This document shows positions 8,491 to 17,485 of a DNA stretch of 48,244 bases, one piece after another (within the stretch, counting starts at the first letter, position 1; each line of letters begins with the position of its first letter). Source of the DNA: Actinomycetota bacterium (GTDB lineage Bacteria; Actinomycetota; Acidimicrobiia; IMCC26256; VFJJ01). A program made the translations under genes and the position numbers. The DNA lies in the NCBI GenBank assembly GCA_009886115.1, contig VFJJ01000123.1, positions 1-48,244 on the forward strand, written 5' to 3'. The notes under the pieces were generated by a model. That model saw only the letters and a program-made list of their open reading frames with translations, did no database searches and was not told where the DNA came from.

Positions 8491-10668
8491 GTGGTGGTCA
8501 CGTTGGAGGTGCTCCAGGCGACGCCGGTCGTCGCGCTCGACGGAGTCTCGGCCAAGATGGAAGCCGAGCTGGCCAAGCTCGGGATCGAATCGGTGCTCGA
8601 CCTGCTCGAGCACTTCCCGCGCCGCTATCACGATCGGCGCAACCGGGCCTCGATCGCCGAGCTCCAGGTGGGCCAGGAGGCCACGGTGGTGGCCGAGGTC
8701 GTGCGGTCGCAAGAACACCGGCGAGGCCGCAACGTCCGGGTCGAAGTGGCCGTCACCGACGGCCAGGCGATGCTCTCGTTGACCTTCTTCGGTCAGGGTT
8801 GGCGCATTCGACAGCTCACGCCGGGCACCGAGGCCAGCTTCTTCGGCAAGGTCGACCGCTTCCAGCACAAGCTGCAGATGGTGAACCCGGTCGTCGACGT
8901 GATCGGCCCCGAAGGGGAGGCGCACAACCAGAGCACAGGGGTGATCGTGCCGATCTACCCGGAGTCGGGCAAGGCCGACGTCGCGACCTGGCAGCTGCGA
9001 CGGTTCATCGCCGAGGCCCGTGAGCGTTTCCCCGACATCGACGATCCGCTTCCCGCCGACCTTCGGGCCCGGGCCAAGGTCATGAACAGGGCCGATGCCT
9101 ATCGCGGGATCCACCAGCCCGAGAACGAGCGCGACCACTACCAGGCCCGTCGCCGCCTCGTGCTCGACGAGTTCCTCCGCATCCAGCTCGAGCTCGTGCA
9201 ACGCAAGCGGATCGCCGAGACGACCGAGCGGGGAATCGCCCACCAGGTCTCGGGCGCGCTGGTCGACGAGTTCCTGGCATCGCTGCCCTTCGCGCTGACC
9301 GCCGGTCAGCACGGCGCCCTGTCGGACATCGCGAGCGACATGGGCGGTCCGCATCCCATGCATCGCCTGCTCCAGGGCGACGTGGGATCGGGCAAGACCG
9401 TCGTGGCGGTCGCTGCGCTCCTCATGGCTGTGCAGAGCGGGCACCAGGGGGCGCTGCTCGCGCCGACCGAGGTGCTGGCCGAGCAGCACCATCGCAGCGT
9501 CACGGCGCTCCTCGGCGACCTCGTCGTCCCGGCGCCGGTCGGGGAGGGGTCGTTGTTCTCGGCCCGGCCGCTGCAGGTGCGGCTGCTCACGAACCGGACG
9601 ACACCCAAGGGCCGTCAGCAACTCCTGGCCGATCTGGACGCCGGTGCGGTCGATGTCGTCGTGGGCACGCACGCCCTGCTCGAGCCCGACATCGGCTTCC
9701 GGTCCCTCGGGCTCGTGGTCGTCGACGAGCAGCACCGCTTCGGCGTCGAGCAGCGCACGGCCCTGCTCGACAAGGGGCACCATCCCGACGAGCTGGTGAT
9801 GACCGCGACGCCCATCCCCCGCAGCGCTGCCATGCTCGTCTACGGCCACCTCGAGCACACCGAGATGCGCGACATGCCGGTGGGCCGTACCCCCATCACC
9901 ACGATCTGGTGCCAAGACGCCGATGAGCGGGCGGTGGCGTACGAGCGCGTGCGCGCGGAGGTGGCCGCCGGACGTCAGGCGTACGTCGTGTGTCCGCTCG
10001 TCGACCCGTCGACATCGGGGGCGGGGTCTCGGGGCGATGGCGCCGCCGAGGTGAAGTCGGCCCTCGAAGAACGCGACCGCCTGGCCGAGGAGGAGTTGAA
10101 GGGCCTCACCATCGAGGTGCTGCACGGCAAGATGCGCCCCGCCGACAAGGAACGCGTCATGGCGGCCTTCCGGTCGGGTGAGATCGCCGTGCTCGTCGCC
10201 ACGACCGTCATCGAGGTCGGCGTCGACGTTCCCAATGCCACCGTGATGATCATCGAGTCGGCCGACCGCTTCGGGCTCTCGCAGCTGCACCAGCTGCGTG
10301 GCCGCGTCGGGCGGGGCGGCGGAGCGAGCTGGTGTCATCTCTTCGCTGAGCCCACCACCGAGGACGGCCTCCGGCGCATGGAGGCCATGGTCGCCTCGAC
10401 CGACGGGTTCCATCTGGCGGAGGTCGATCTCGATCTCCGAGGCGGCGGCCAGATCTTCGGCGAGCGCCAGCACGGCCGGTCCGACCTCAAGCTCGGGCGC
10501 ATCCCGCGTGACGAGAAGGCCGTGGCCTTCGCCCGCAAGGAGGCCGAGGGCCTGCTCGACGCTGATCCCACCCTGGCTCGTCATCCTGCCCTGCGGGCCG
10601 AGGTGGCGTGGTACCTCTCGACGCTCGAACGCGACGACGTCGACTTCGCCAAGGTCTTCCGGAGCTGA
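8491..10668 (+). CDS. recG: ATP-dependent DNA helicase RecG
   Basis: RLLQGDVGSGKT, VDEQHRFG, MTATPIPR, TTVIEVGVDVPNAT and FGLSQLHQLRGRVGRG motifs. Confidence 0.96.
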   Translation: MVVTLEVLQATPVVALDGVSAKMEAELAKLGIESVLDLLEHFPRRYHDRRNRASIAELQVGQEATVVAEVVRSQEHRRGRNVRVEVAVTDGQAMLSLTFFGQGWRIRQLTPGTEASFFGKVDRFQHKLQMVNPVVDVIGPEGEAHNQSTGVIVPIYPESGKADVATWQLRRFIAEARERFPDIDDPLPADLRARAKVMNRADAYRGIHQPENERDHYQARRRLVLDEFLRIQLELVQRKRIAETTERGIAHQVSGALVDEFLASLPFALTAGQHGALSDIASDMGGPHPMHRLLQGDVGSGKTVVAVAALLMAVQSGHQGALLAPTEVLAEQHHRSVTALLGDLVVPAPVGEGSLFSARPLQVRLLTNRTTPKGRQQLLADLDAGAVDVVVGTHALLEPDIGFRSLGLVVVDEQHRFGVEQRTALLDKGHHPDELVMTATPIPRSAAMLVYGHLEHTEMRDMPVGRTPITTIWCQDADERAVAYERVRAEVAAGRQAYVVCPLVDPSTSGAGSRGDGAAEVKSALEERDRLAEEELKGLTIEVLHGKMRPADKERVMAAFRSGEIAVLVATTVIEVGVDVPNATVMIIESADRFGLSQLHQLRGRVGRGGGASWCHLFAEPTTEDGLRRMEAMVASTDGFHLAEVDLDLRGGGQIFGERQHGRSDLKLGRIPRDEKAVAFARKEAEGLLDADPTLARHPALRAEVAWYLSTLERDDVDFAKVFRS

Positions 10669-10811
10669 AGGCTGGGGGTGAGCCCCGGCGCGGGCGGGTG
10701 CCGGCAACGTCCCGAGCTGTGCTCCCTTGGACGTCACATGGCCCGTCCGTGCGAACCGTGCTCGGGTGGGGTGTTGGCGGGACGCGTCATCGGCGGCCCA
10801 GACTGCGGGAC

Positions 10812-11426
10812 ATGGCCGTCGACCTTGCTGAGCTGCTCGACCCGACCCACACCGCGCTCGTCTTGCAGGAGTGCCAGAACGGCATCATCGGGACGTCGTC
10901 AGCGCTCCCCGCGCTGGCCTCCTCGCCCACGCTGGTGCCGAACCTGGCCCGTCTCGCTTCAGCGGCCCGGGCTGCCGGGGTGCGGGTCATCCACTGCACC
11001 GCGCATCACCGCCCCGACGGGTTCGGTGCCAACCGCAACGCCCGCCTGTTCCGGGCCATGGACAAGTCGCCGGTGAAGCTCCACGTGGGTACCGAGGCCG
11101 TGGATCCCGTCCCCGAGGTCGGTCCTGAGCCCGAGGACCTCGTGCTGGCGCGCTTCCACGGGCTCTCGCCGTTCCAGGGCACCGAGCTCGACTCGATCCT
11201 GCGCAACGCCAAGATCTCGACGATCGTCGGGGTGGGCGTGTCGGTCAACGTCGCCATCACCAACTTCACCTTCGACGCTGTGAACGCGTCCTACGACATG
11301 GTGATCCCGCGCGACGCGGTGATGGGCTTCCCTGCGGAGTACGTCGACATGGTCTTCCAGAACACCCTCGGCCTGCTCGCCACGATCACCACGACTGACG
11401 CCGTCGTCGACGCCTGGGCTCGCTGA
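10812..11426 (+). CDS. Isochorismatase/cysteine-hydrolase-fold protein with non-canonical catalytic residues
   Basis: TALVLQECQ, SPFQGTELDSILR and VGVSVNVAI motifs. Confidence 0.8.
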   Translation: MAVDLAELLDPTHTALVLQECQNGIIGTSSALPALASSPTLVPNLARLASAARAAGVRVIHCTAHHRPDGFGANRNARLFRAMDKSPVKLHVGTEAVDPVPEVGPEPEDLVLARFHGLSPFQGTELDSILRNAKISTIVGVGVSVNVAITNFTFDAVNASYDMVIPRDAVMGFPAEYVDMVFQNTLGLLATITTTDAVVDAWAR

Positions 11427-11473
11427 CGTCGTCGGAGCGCCGACGATCCAACCACGAACGAGACGAGGACCGC

Positions 11474-12310
11474 ATGGGAACACTCGACGGGCAGGTCGCG
11501 ATCATCACCGGGGGCGGGCGAGGGCAGGGCCGTTCCCATGCCGTGCACCTGGCGCGAGCGGGAGCGTCGATCGTGGTGTGCGACGTCGCGACGGATCCCG
11601 GTACCGCCCGCTACGAGAGCTCCACACCCGAGGATCTGGCTGAGACCGTCCGTCTGGTGGAAGCCGAGGACCAGCGCTGCATCGCCGTGCACGCCGATGT
11701 CCGTGACCATGCGCAGATGGTCGCCGTGGCCGACATGGCGGTCGCCGAGTTCGGCAAGATCGACATCTTGTTGGCCAACGCCGGGGTCATGCGCATGAAC
11801 GCCGTCCACCTCATGGAGCCCGGCGATTGGAGTGATGTCATCGACACCAACCTCACGGGCGTGTTCAACGCCATGCACGTGTGCATCCCCCACATGATCA
11901 CCAACGGGTACGGCCGGATCGTGGCGACCGCCTCGACGATGGCTCGAGGCGCCGCCGGGAACTGCTCGGCCTACACGGCCTCGAAGTGGGGAGTCGTCGG
12001 TCTGGTCAAAGCGGCTGCCCAGGACGTGGCCATGCACAACATCACCGTGAACGCCGTGGCTCCCACCGCGGTGGGGACGCGCATGATCTTCAATGACGAC
12101 CTGCTTGGCTTCTTCCGGCCCGACCTCGAATCGCCGACGCCCGAGGACGCGAAGGAGGCCATGAAATCGCTCAACGTGCTCCCGGTGGCCTGGCTCGAGC
12201 CGGCCGACATCTCCCGGTCGATCCTGTTCCTGCTGTCTGACGACGCGAAGTACATGACCGGTGCCGTGCTCGACATCAACGCCGGCCACTCCGCCCGGGT
12301 CCCCACCTGA
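11474..12310 (+). CDS. SDR oxidoreductase, mycofactocin-coupled (carveol dehydrogenase-like) subfamily
   Basis: TGGGRGQGRSHAV, the insertion TPEDLAETVRLVE, ANAG, YTASKWGVVG and LPVAWLEPADIS. Confidence 0.85.
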   Translation: MGTLDGQVAIITGGGRGQGRSHAVHLARAGASIVVCDVATDPGTARYESSTPEDLAETVRLVEAEDQRCIAVHADVRDHAQMVAVADMAVAEFGKIDILLANAGVMRMNAVHLMEPGDWSDVIDTNLTGVFNAMHVCIPHMITNGYGRIVATASTMARGAAGNCSAYTASKWGVVGLVKAAAQDVAMHNITVNAVAPTAVGTRMIFNDDLLGFFRPDLESPTPEDAKEAMKSLNVLPVAWLEPADISRSILFLLSDDAKYMTGAVLDINAGHSARVPT

Positions 12311-12370
12311 GCCCGGCCACCGGACTGGATGCCCGGCTTGGGCGTCCCCGACCGACCCGACCCGTGCGCC

Positions 12371-13381
12371 TCACAGGTGGCGATCGAGGAACGGGTACGC
12401 GCCTTCGTTCCAGCGGTGGCCGCCGTCGAACACGTCGAAGCCGAGGCGGTCGGTCGCGTCGAACGCTCGGTAGACCTTCTGGAGCCGTCCCCACGCGTGC
12501 GCGGCGACCTGGACCGGGAAGATGGGGTCGGCAGTGCCGCTCTGGATGAGAAGCGGACGGGGCGCGATCAGCGCTCCGAGGTCGACGTGGTCGAACGCGC
12601 CGAGCATCCCGAACGTCACCTGCGAGCCACACAGGTTCCAGGGCAGCGCCGCGGCCTGTACGAACGACGAGAAGTAGCCCGACACGACCGCGCAGGAGAT
12701 CCGCTCATCGAGAGCCGCGGCGAACAGGGTCATCGTGGCGCCCTGCGAGAGGCCGACCATGCCGATGCGTGACGGGTCGACGAGCGGATGCGCGGCCAGC
12801 ACGTCGATGCCGCGGGCGACGTCCCACAGGTCGAGGGTCAGCTTGTTGAATCCGAGGAGCGCCAGGTGCACGAAGTTGAGGTCGCAGGGATACCGCTCGG
12901 CCGGGCTCAGGCCGTCGCGGCGCTCGCCGAAGGCCCGGAGGTCGGGGGCCAGCACGACGTAGCCTCGGAGGGCGAGCTGGTGGGCGTAGTCGCCGTGGTC
13001 ATCGGGAGTCGCGTGGGCGCCGACCCCGCACACCTGCTCCTTGCCCGGCCCGTGACCGTGCTGGGCCAGGACCGCGGGGCCCACGCCGCCAGGTCGCGAT
13101 GACGGGATCAGCAGGTACGCCGGCACCGACATGAACCGCTCGGTGTCGTAGACGACCTTCTGTCTTGTGTATCCATCGACGACGATCTCGTCGAGCACCT
13201 CGAAGTTCACGGGTACGGGCTCGGGGGTGGGGCCGAGGTGCCGGGCCAGACGAGACCGGAACCGCTCCCGCCATGCAGGGATCGCCGAAGCGATGTCGAC
13301 GGGAACGGGATCGTCGACGTGGCGCTCGCCGGCTCCGGCGAGGAAATGCTCCCAGGGCGAGAAGTTCCGGCGGCTGGTCAC
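12371..13381 (-). CDS. Alpha/beta hydrolase (dienelactone hydrolase / acetyl-xylan-esterase-like)
   Basis: HGHG, nucleophile motif GLSQG, LIAPRPL, D in ADPIF and H in GGHRW. Confidence 0.85.
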   Translation of the reverse strand: MTSRRNFSPWEHFLAGAGERHVDDPVPVDIASAIPAWRERFRSRLARHLGPTPEPVPVNFEVLDEIVVDGYTRQKVVYDTERFMSVPAYLLIPSSRPGGVGPAVLAQHGHGPGKEQVCGVGAHATPDDHGDYAHQLALRGYVVLAPDLRAFGERRDGLSPAERYPCDLNFVHLALLGFNKLTLDLWDVARGIDVLAAHPLVDPSRIGMVGLSQGATMTLFAAALDERISCAVVSGYFSSFVQAAALPWNLCGSQVTFGMLGAFDHVDLGALIAPRPLLIQSGTADPIFPVQVAAHAWGRLQKVYRAFDATDRLGFDVFDGGHRWNEGAYPFLDRHL

Positions 13382-13439
13382 GGGTGCCCTCGGGAACCGG
13401 ACGCCCTGTGCCCGTCGGGGCGTGAGGAGTCGGTGGCGG

Positions 13440-14435
13440 TCACGAGCCGGTGAGGAGTCGGCGGGGGTTGTCGGTGAGGATCGACTCCACGACGGCCTCG
13501 GAAACGCCTCGCTGCAGCAGGCGCGGGACGAAGTCGGTGGCGAGGTAGGTGTAGGGGCGTTGCCAGACCTGCCAGTCGATCTCGGCCTGACGGGCGGCGC
13601 GGGCCTGCTGCTGCTCGGGCGGCACGTAGTAGCTGCTCCGGGGAGCGGTGAGCGTGCAGATGTGGTCCTGGGACAGGCAGAGCCGGTGGGCGAAGCCGTC
13701 GTGCACCAGGCTGGCGACGTGGTCGGCCCGGCGCTCGTCGGGGGCCAGCAACTCGAGCCCCACCCGATCGATCCCCACGAACGTGCCGCGTTCGGCCAGT
13801 GCTCGGATGGGAGCCACGCTGGTCTGCTCGTCCTGATGCCCGATCATGATCCGGCTCAGGTCGGCCCCGTGCTCGGCGAAGATCTCCTGTTGCACGTCGC
13901 CGTGACGGGAATTCTCGGTGTGGGTGATGATGGCGACGCCGCGCTCGCGCTGCGCGATGGCGGCGCCCCCCAGGACCCGACGCTCGGCGGCGGTCACCTC
14001 GAGGCCGCTGGCCGCCTTGATGATCCCGGGTCGGATGCCGGTGTCTCCGATGCCGTCGGTGAGCTCGGCCACGTAGAGCTCGGCGATCTCCTCGGGCTCT
14101 CGAGCCCGCCAGTAGAACGGCAGCCCCGAGTCGAGGTGCTGGGTGTAGAACCCCGTTGCGCACACGATGTTCATGCCGCTGCGCTGGGCGATCTCGGCGT
14201 AGAGCTCGGGATTTCTCCCCAGCTCGATGGGACACGGGTCGACGAAGGTGCGGAAGCCGATGTCGAGCAGCTCGGCCATCTTGTCGAGCGCGATGGCCAC
14301 CGTGTCGGCGGGCTTCCACGTGCGCTGCGGGTCGAGCTCCTCGCCGGCGTAGGAGATGACGATGTGCTCGTGGACGAGCGCTCGCCCCAGCGAGCCGGCC
14401 TCGACCGGTCCGGTGACGGTCATCACGGTCGCCAC
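13440..14435 (-). CDS. Phosphotriesterase-related amidohydrolase (lactonase-like)
   Basis: HEH, GIIKAA (carboxylated Lys position), ITHT, IGHQD, LSQDH and DNPRR motifs; GGAGGTG RBS before GTG 14435. Confidence 0.9.
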   Translation of the reverse strand: MATVMTVTGPVEAGSLGRALVHEHIVISYAGEELDPQRTWKPADTVAIALDKMAELLDIGFRTFVDPCPIELGRNPELYAEIAQRSGMNIVCATGFYTQHLDSGLPFYWRAREPEEIAELYVAELTDGIGDTGIRPGIIKAASGLEVTAAERRVLGGAAIAQRERGVAIITHTENSRHGDVQQEIFAEHGADLSRIMIGHQDEQTSVAPIRALAERGTFVGIDRVGLELLAPDERRADHVASLVHDGFAHRLCLSQDHICTLTAPRSSYYVPPEQQQARAARQAEIDWQVWQRPYTYLATDFVPRLLQRGVSEAVVESILTDNPRRLLTGS

Positions 14436-14962
14436 GGCAGCACCTCCGCCCACGATTCGATCTGGTCGTGCACCTTGGCGCGCCCGCTCGCGCCCTGTCC
14501 AGCGGTACGCCCCGCCGGCTCCGGCGCCGGAGCCCCGAGCGGCTCGGTCGGCGGGCGCCGCTGCCGCCGCGCCGAGCGCGGTCGGCCGTTGACCCCGAGG
14601 GCGCAGTGGGCACACACCAGCTGCTGGAGCACGACGGGCGTCTCGCTGCCTTCGGCGAGCAGCCCACCCTCGCCGAGAAACCCGAAGTAGGCCCAGAGGG
14701 CCTCGCCCAGCGCCACCGGGCGGGCGCGGCCGGTGGCCTCGCACCACAGCAGCACGTCGACCCAGATGAGGGCCTCGACATCGCTGCCCGTCCACATCGA
14801 CGGGCTCGAGAGCGGCCGACCGGCGGCCCCGACGATGGCCTCGACGGCGTCGGGCTCGACCGACCGTCCCCGAGCGAGCGCCCAGATACGGAGCGCGAGC
14901 ACGAACCGACGGAGCTCGGCGGACTCGACGGTGGTCGGGGTTCCGGTGGCGATGGTGGACAT
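14423..14962 (-). CDS. Hypothetical protein (helical N-terminal region, disordered C-terminus)
   Basis: Open frame starting MSTIATGTP, with a promoter immediately upstream; overlaps the start of the downstream gene. Confidence 0.6.
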   Translation of the reverse strand: MSTIATGTPTTVESAELRRFVLALRIWALARGRSVEPDAVEAIVGAAGRPLSSPSMWTGSDVEALIWVDVLLWCEATGRARPVALGEALWAYFGFLGEGGLLAEGSETPVVLQQLVCAHCALGVNGRPRSARRQRRPPTEPLGAPAPEPAGRTAGQGASGRAKVHDQIESWAEVLPWRP

Positions 14963-14968
14963 GGTCGG

Positions 14969-14991
14969 AGCATGACAGGCCCCTGTGACAA
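14969..14991 (-). promoter_or_regulatory. Putative PafBC-dependent (RecA-NDp-like) promoter, TTGTCAC-N10-CATGCT, leaderless
   Basis: The minus strand reads T-TGTCAC-AGGGGCCTGT-CATGCT-CCGACC-ATG; the spacing matches the mycobacterial TGTCGG-N10-TANNNT motif. Confidence 0.5.
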
Positions 14992-15116
14992 GAACGCCGC
15001 CATCCGGACGGACGCCGGGTGCCGCCCGCCGACTCGTCGAGACCCCTCGGTGTCTCCGGTATCGCCGGTATCTCCGGGCTCGCAGCCGAAGGGGGGGCGC
15101 CGATAGCCTGCCGGCG

Positions 15117-15914
15117 ATGACACAGATCGAGCTCGGCCACGCCATGGTCACCATGGTCGAACCCCACCGCGACACCCTGCGCGAGTACAACACCTGGTAC
15201 GAGCACGATCACTGCTACTCGGGCGTCATGTGTGGACCGGGGGCGTTCTCGTTCAGGCGCTTCGTGGCGACCAAGGCGTTGAAGGCGCTTCGGTACCCCG
15301 CCGACGGTCCGATCGCCGACCCGGTCACGTTGGGGTCGTTCATCGCCCTCTACTGGATCGAACGCGACAAGATCGACGATCTCTTCGCCTGGTCGTATGC
15401 CGAGATGCCGGCGCTGATCGAGCAGGGACGCATGCACCCCGGGCGCGACCACGTCTCCACGGCCTGCTACGACCGCCTGGGCGGCTCGGCGCCGTCGGTT
15501 CCCATCGAGATCGCGCTCGACCATCCGTACACCGGCCTGGTCTGCACCTGGACCGATGTCGCCGACGGCGTAGCGACGGCCGACCTGTCGGCCTGGTTCG
15601 CAGCCGAGTGCTTCCCGGCCGTGGTCGGGGCCGGGTCCGGTCGAGGGGGAACGGGCGGACCCGTCGGGCAGGTGGTCGAGCTCGTCGTGCGCGACTTCCC
15701 GGGCACCCCGAGCGGCGTACCCTCGGCCCCGGGTGTCGGTACCCGCCTGTTGCACACCTGGATGCTCACGGTGGAGCCAGATGCGTGTTGGGCGTCGCAC
15801 TTCGCCGGCCTGGGCGCCTCGATCACGTCCTCGGGCCTCGGGCGCCTGGCGCTGGCAGCTCCGTTCGTTCCCACCGTCCCGGGAACCGACCGCTACCTCG
15901 ATCAGCTCTGGTAG
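15117..15914 (+). CDS. Conserved hypothetical protein (EthD/DABB-like WYxxxH motif)
   Basis: EYNTWYEHDH motif; C-terminus PTVPGTDRYLDQLW; TAGCCT lies 7 nt before the ATG. Confidence 0.7.
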   Translation: MTQIELGHAMVTMVEPHRDTLREYNTWYEHDHCYSGVMCGPGAFSFRRFVATKALKALRYPADGPIADPVTLGSFIALYWIERDKIDDLFAWSYAEMPALIEQGRMHPGRDHVSTACYDRLGGSAPSVPIEIALDHPYTGLVCTWTDVADGVATADLSAWFAAECFPAVVGAGSGRGGTGGPVGQVVELVVRDFPGTPSGVPSAPGVGTRLLHTWMLTVEPDACWASHFAGLGASITSSGLGRLALAAPFVPTVPGTDRYLDQLW

Positions 15915-16156
15915 CTCGCGCGCCGGGCCCGCCGGCTCCGTGCGATCGAGCCGTCGCCTTTCGCGCCAAGTGTCCCTGCGCGAGGCGCTGAACCGGAGCA
16001 AGTCTCACGGGGGCCCGGAGACGGGACCGGTGTCGCTCGGTACAGTTCCGTCGACCGCCAGGCGATGTGAGTGCCGACCGCGGCGAGGCTGGCGCACGAG
16101 CTGCGTGGCCCTTCCGTGGAACGTTCGTGTCCGACGATTGAGGGAATGCCCGTCCC

Positions 16157-17485
16157 ATGCCCGAATCGAGCCCGCTGGAGTCTTCGGAGCACGGGGCCGG
16201 CTCGCCCCGCGCCACCGACCGGCCCGGCGAGGCCACGTGCAACTTCTGCCGCGCTCCGCTGCAGCAGGTGTTCACCGATCTGGGGATGCATCCGCTGTGC
16301 GAGCGGATCATCCCGCCCCAACGGGCCCTGGAGATGGAGCCCTTCTACCCCTTGCGGGTGCTGGTGTGCGAGCACTGCCTGCTCGTCCAGGTGCCCGAGT
16401 GCGCCAGCGCAGCCGAGATCTTCGATGACGAATACCCGTACTTCTCGTCGTTCTCCGACTCGTGGGTCGAGCACGCCCGGCGTTTCGTCGAGTCGTCGAT
16501 CGACCGGTTGGGCTTGGGGGAGCACAGCCTGGCTGTCGAGATCGCCAGCAACGACGGCTATCTCCTGCAGTGGTTCGTCAAGGCCGGCGTGCCCTGCTTC
16601 GGGGTCGAACCGGCGGGCAACGTGGCTCGGGCGGCCGAGGAGCGCGGCGTCACGTCGATCGTCCGGTTCTTCGGACAGCAGACGGCCCGCGACCTCGTCG
16701 CCGACGGCCACCGCGCCGATCTGCTCATCGGGAACAACGTGCTGGCCCACGTACCCGACATCAACGACTTCGTCGCCGGGCTGGCGATCCTCCTCGCCCC
16801 CCGGGGTGCGATCAGCATGGAGTTCCCCCACCTGCTCCGGCTGATCGAGGGCACCCAGTTCGACACCATCTACCACGAGCACTTCTCGTACCTGAGCTTG
16901 GGTGTCGTCGAGCGCATCTTCGCCCGGCATGGTCTGGCGGTCTACGACGTCGAGGAGCTTCCGACGCACGGCGGATCGTTGCGGGTGCATGCCCAGCATG
17001 CCGACTCCGGCCCCCACCCGTCGACAGCACGGCTCGCGGCGCTCCGGATCTCGGAAGACGATTTCGGATTGTCGCGGCTCGAGACCTACACCCGCTTCGA
17101 CGAGCGTGTGCAGGCCGTGAAGCACGGGCTGTTGGAGTTCCTGCTCGCGGCGCGGCGCGAGGGCAAGACGGTCGTCGGCTACGGCGCTCCGGGCAAGGGC
17201 AACACCCTCTTGAACTACTGCGGTATCAAGCCCGACCTGCTCGAGTACACCGTCGATCGCAACCCGTACAAGCACGGGAAGCTCTGCCCGGGAAGTCGTA
17301 TCCCGATCCTGCCGGTGGAGGCCATCGGCGAGACCCGTCCCGACTACGTCCTGATCCTGCCCTGGAACCTCACGACCGAGATCACCCGTCAGATGGCATT
17401 CATCGCCACCTGGGGCGGGCGTTTCGTGGTGCCGATCCCCGAGGTGACGATCGTCCCCGTGGCCGAGACCGGGGAGGGGCCGTGA
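16157..17485 (+). CDS. NDP-hexose C-methyltransferase family (class I SAM, N-terminal Zn site)
   Basis: CNFC...CEHC, EIASNDGYLL, NNVLAHVPD, FDTIYHEHFSY, YGAPGKGNTLL and ILPWN motifs. Confidence 0.9.
   Translation: MPESSPLESSEHGAGSPRATDRPGEATCNFCRAPLQQVFTDLGMHPLCERIIPPQRALEMEPFYPLRVLVCEHCLLVQVPECASAAEIFDDEYPYFSSFSDSWVEHARRFVESSIDRLGLGEHSLAVEIASNDGYLLQWFVKAGVPCFGVEPAGNVARAAEERGVTSIVRFFGQQTARDLVADGHRADLLIGNNVLAHVPDINDFVAGLAILLAPRGAISMEFPHLLRLIEGTQFDTIYHEHFSYLSLGVVERIFARHGLAVYDVEELPTHGGSLRVHAQHADSGPHPSTARLAALRISEDDFGLSRLETYTRFDERVQAVKHGLLEFLLAARREGKTVVGYGAPGKGNTLLNYCGIKPDLLEYTVDRNPYKHGKLCPGSRIPILPVEAIGETRPDYVLILPWNLTTEITRQMAFIATWGGRFVVPIPEVTIVPVAETGEGP

Noticed and set aside
8062..10737. Long antisense ORFs (891 aa here; also 15902-17578, 37816-39840 and others)
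   Set aside because: Shadow ORFs opposite well-supported genes, expected at about 70% GC; no recognisable motifs.
15079..15106. Second sigma-28 promoter (CTCG-N16-GCCGATAG)
   Set aside because: Poor -35 match, and the same bases are better explained as a housekeeping -10 (TAGCCT) 7 nt before ATG 15117.
15915..16156. Riboswitch or ncRNA in the 240-bp region before the sugar cassette
   Set aside because: No recognisable conserved motif; only a possible -10 (TACAGT at 16041). An Rfam search would be needed.
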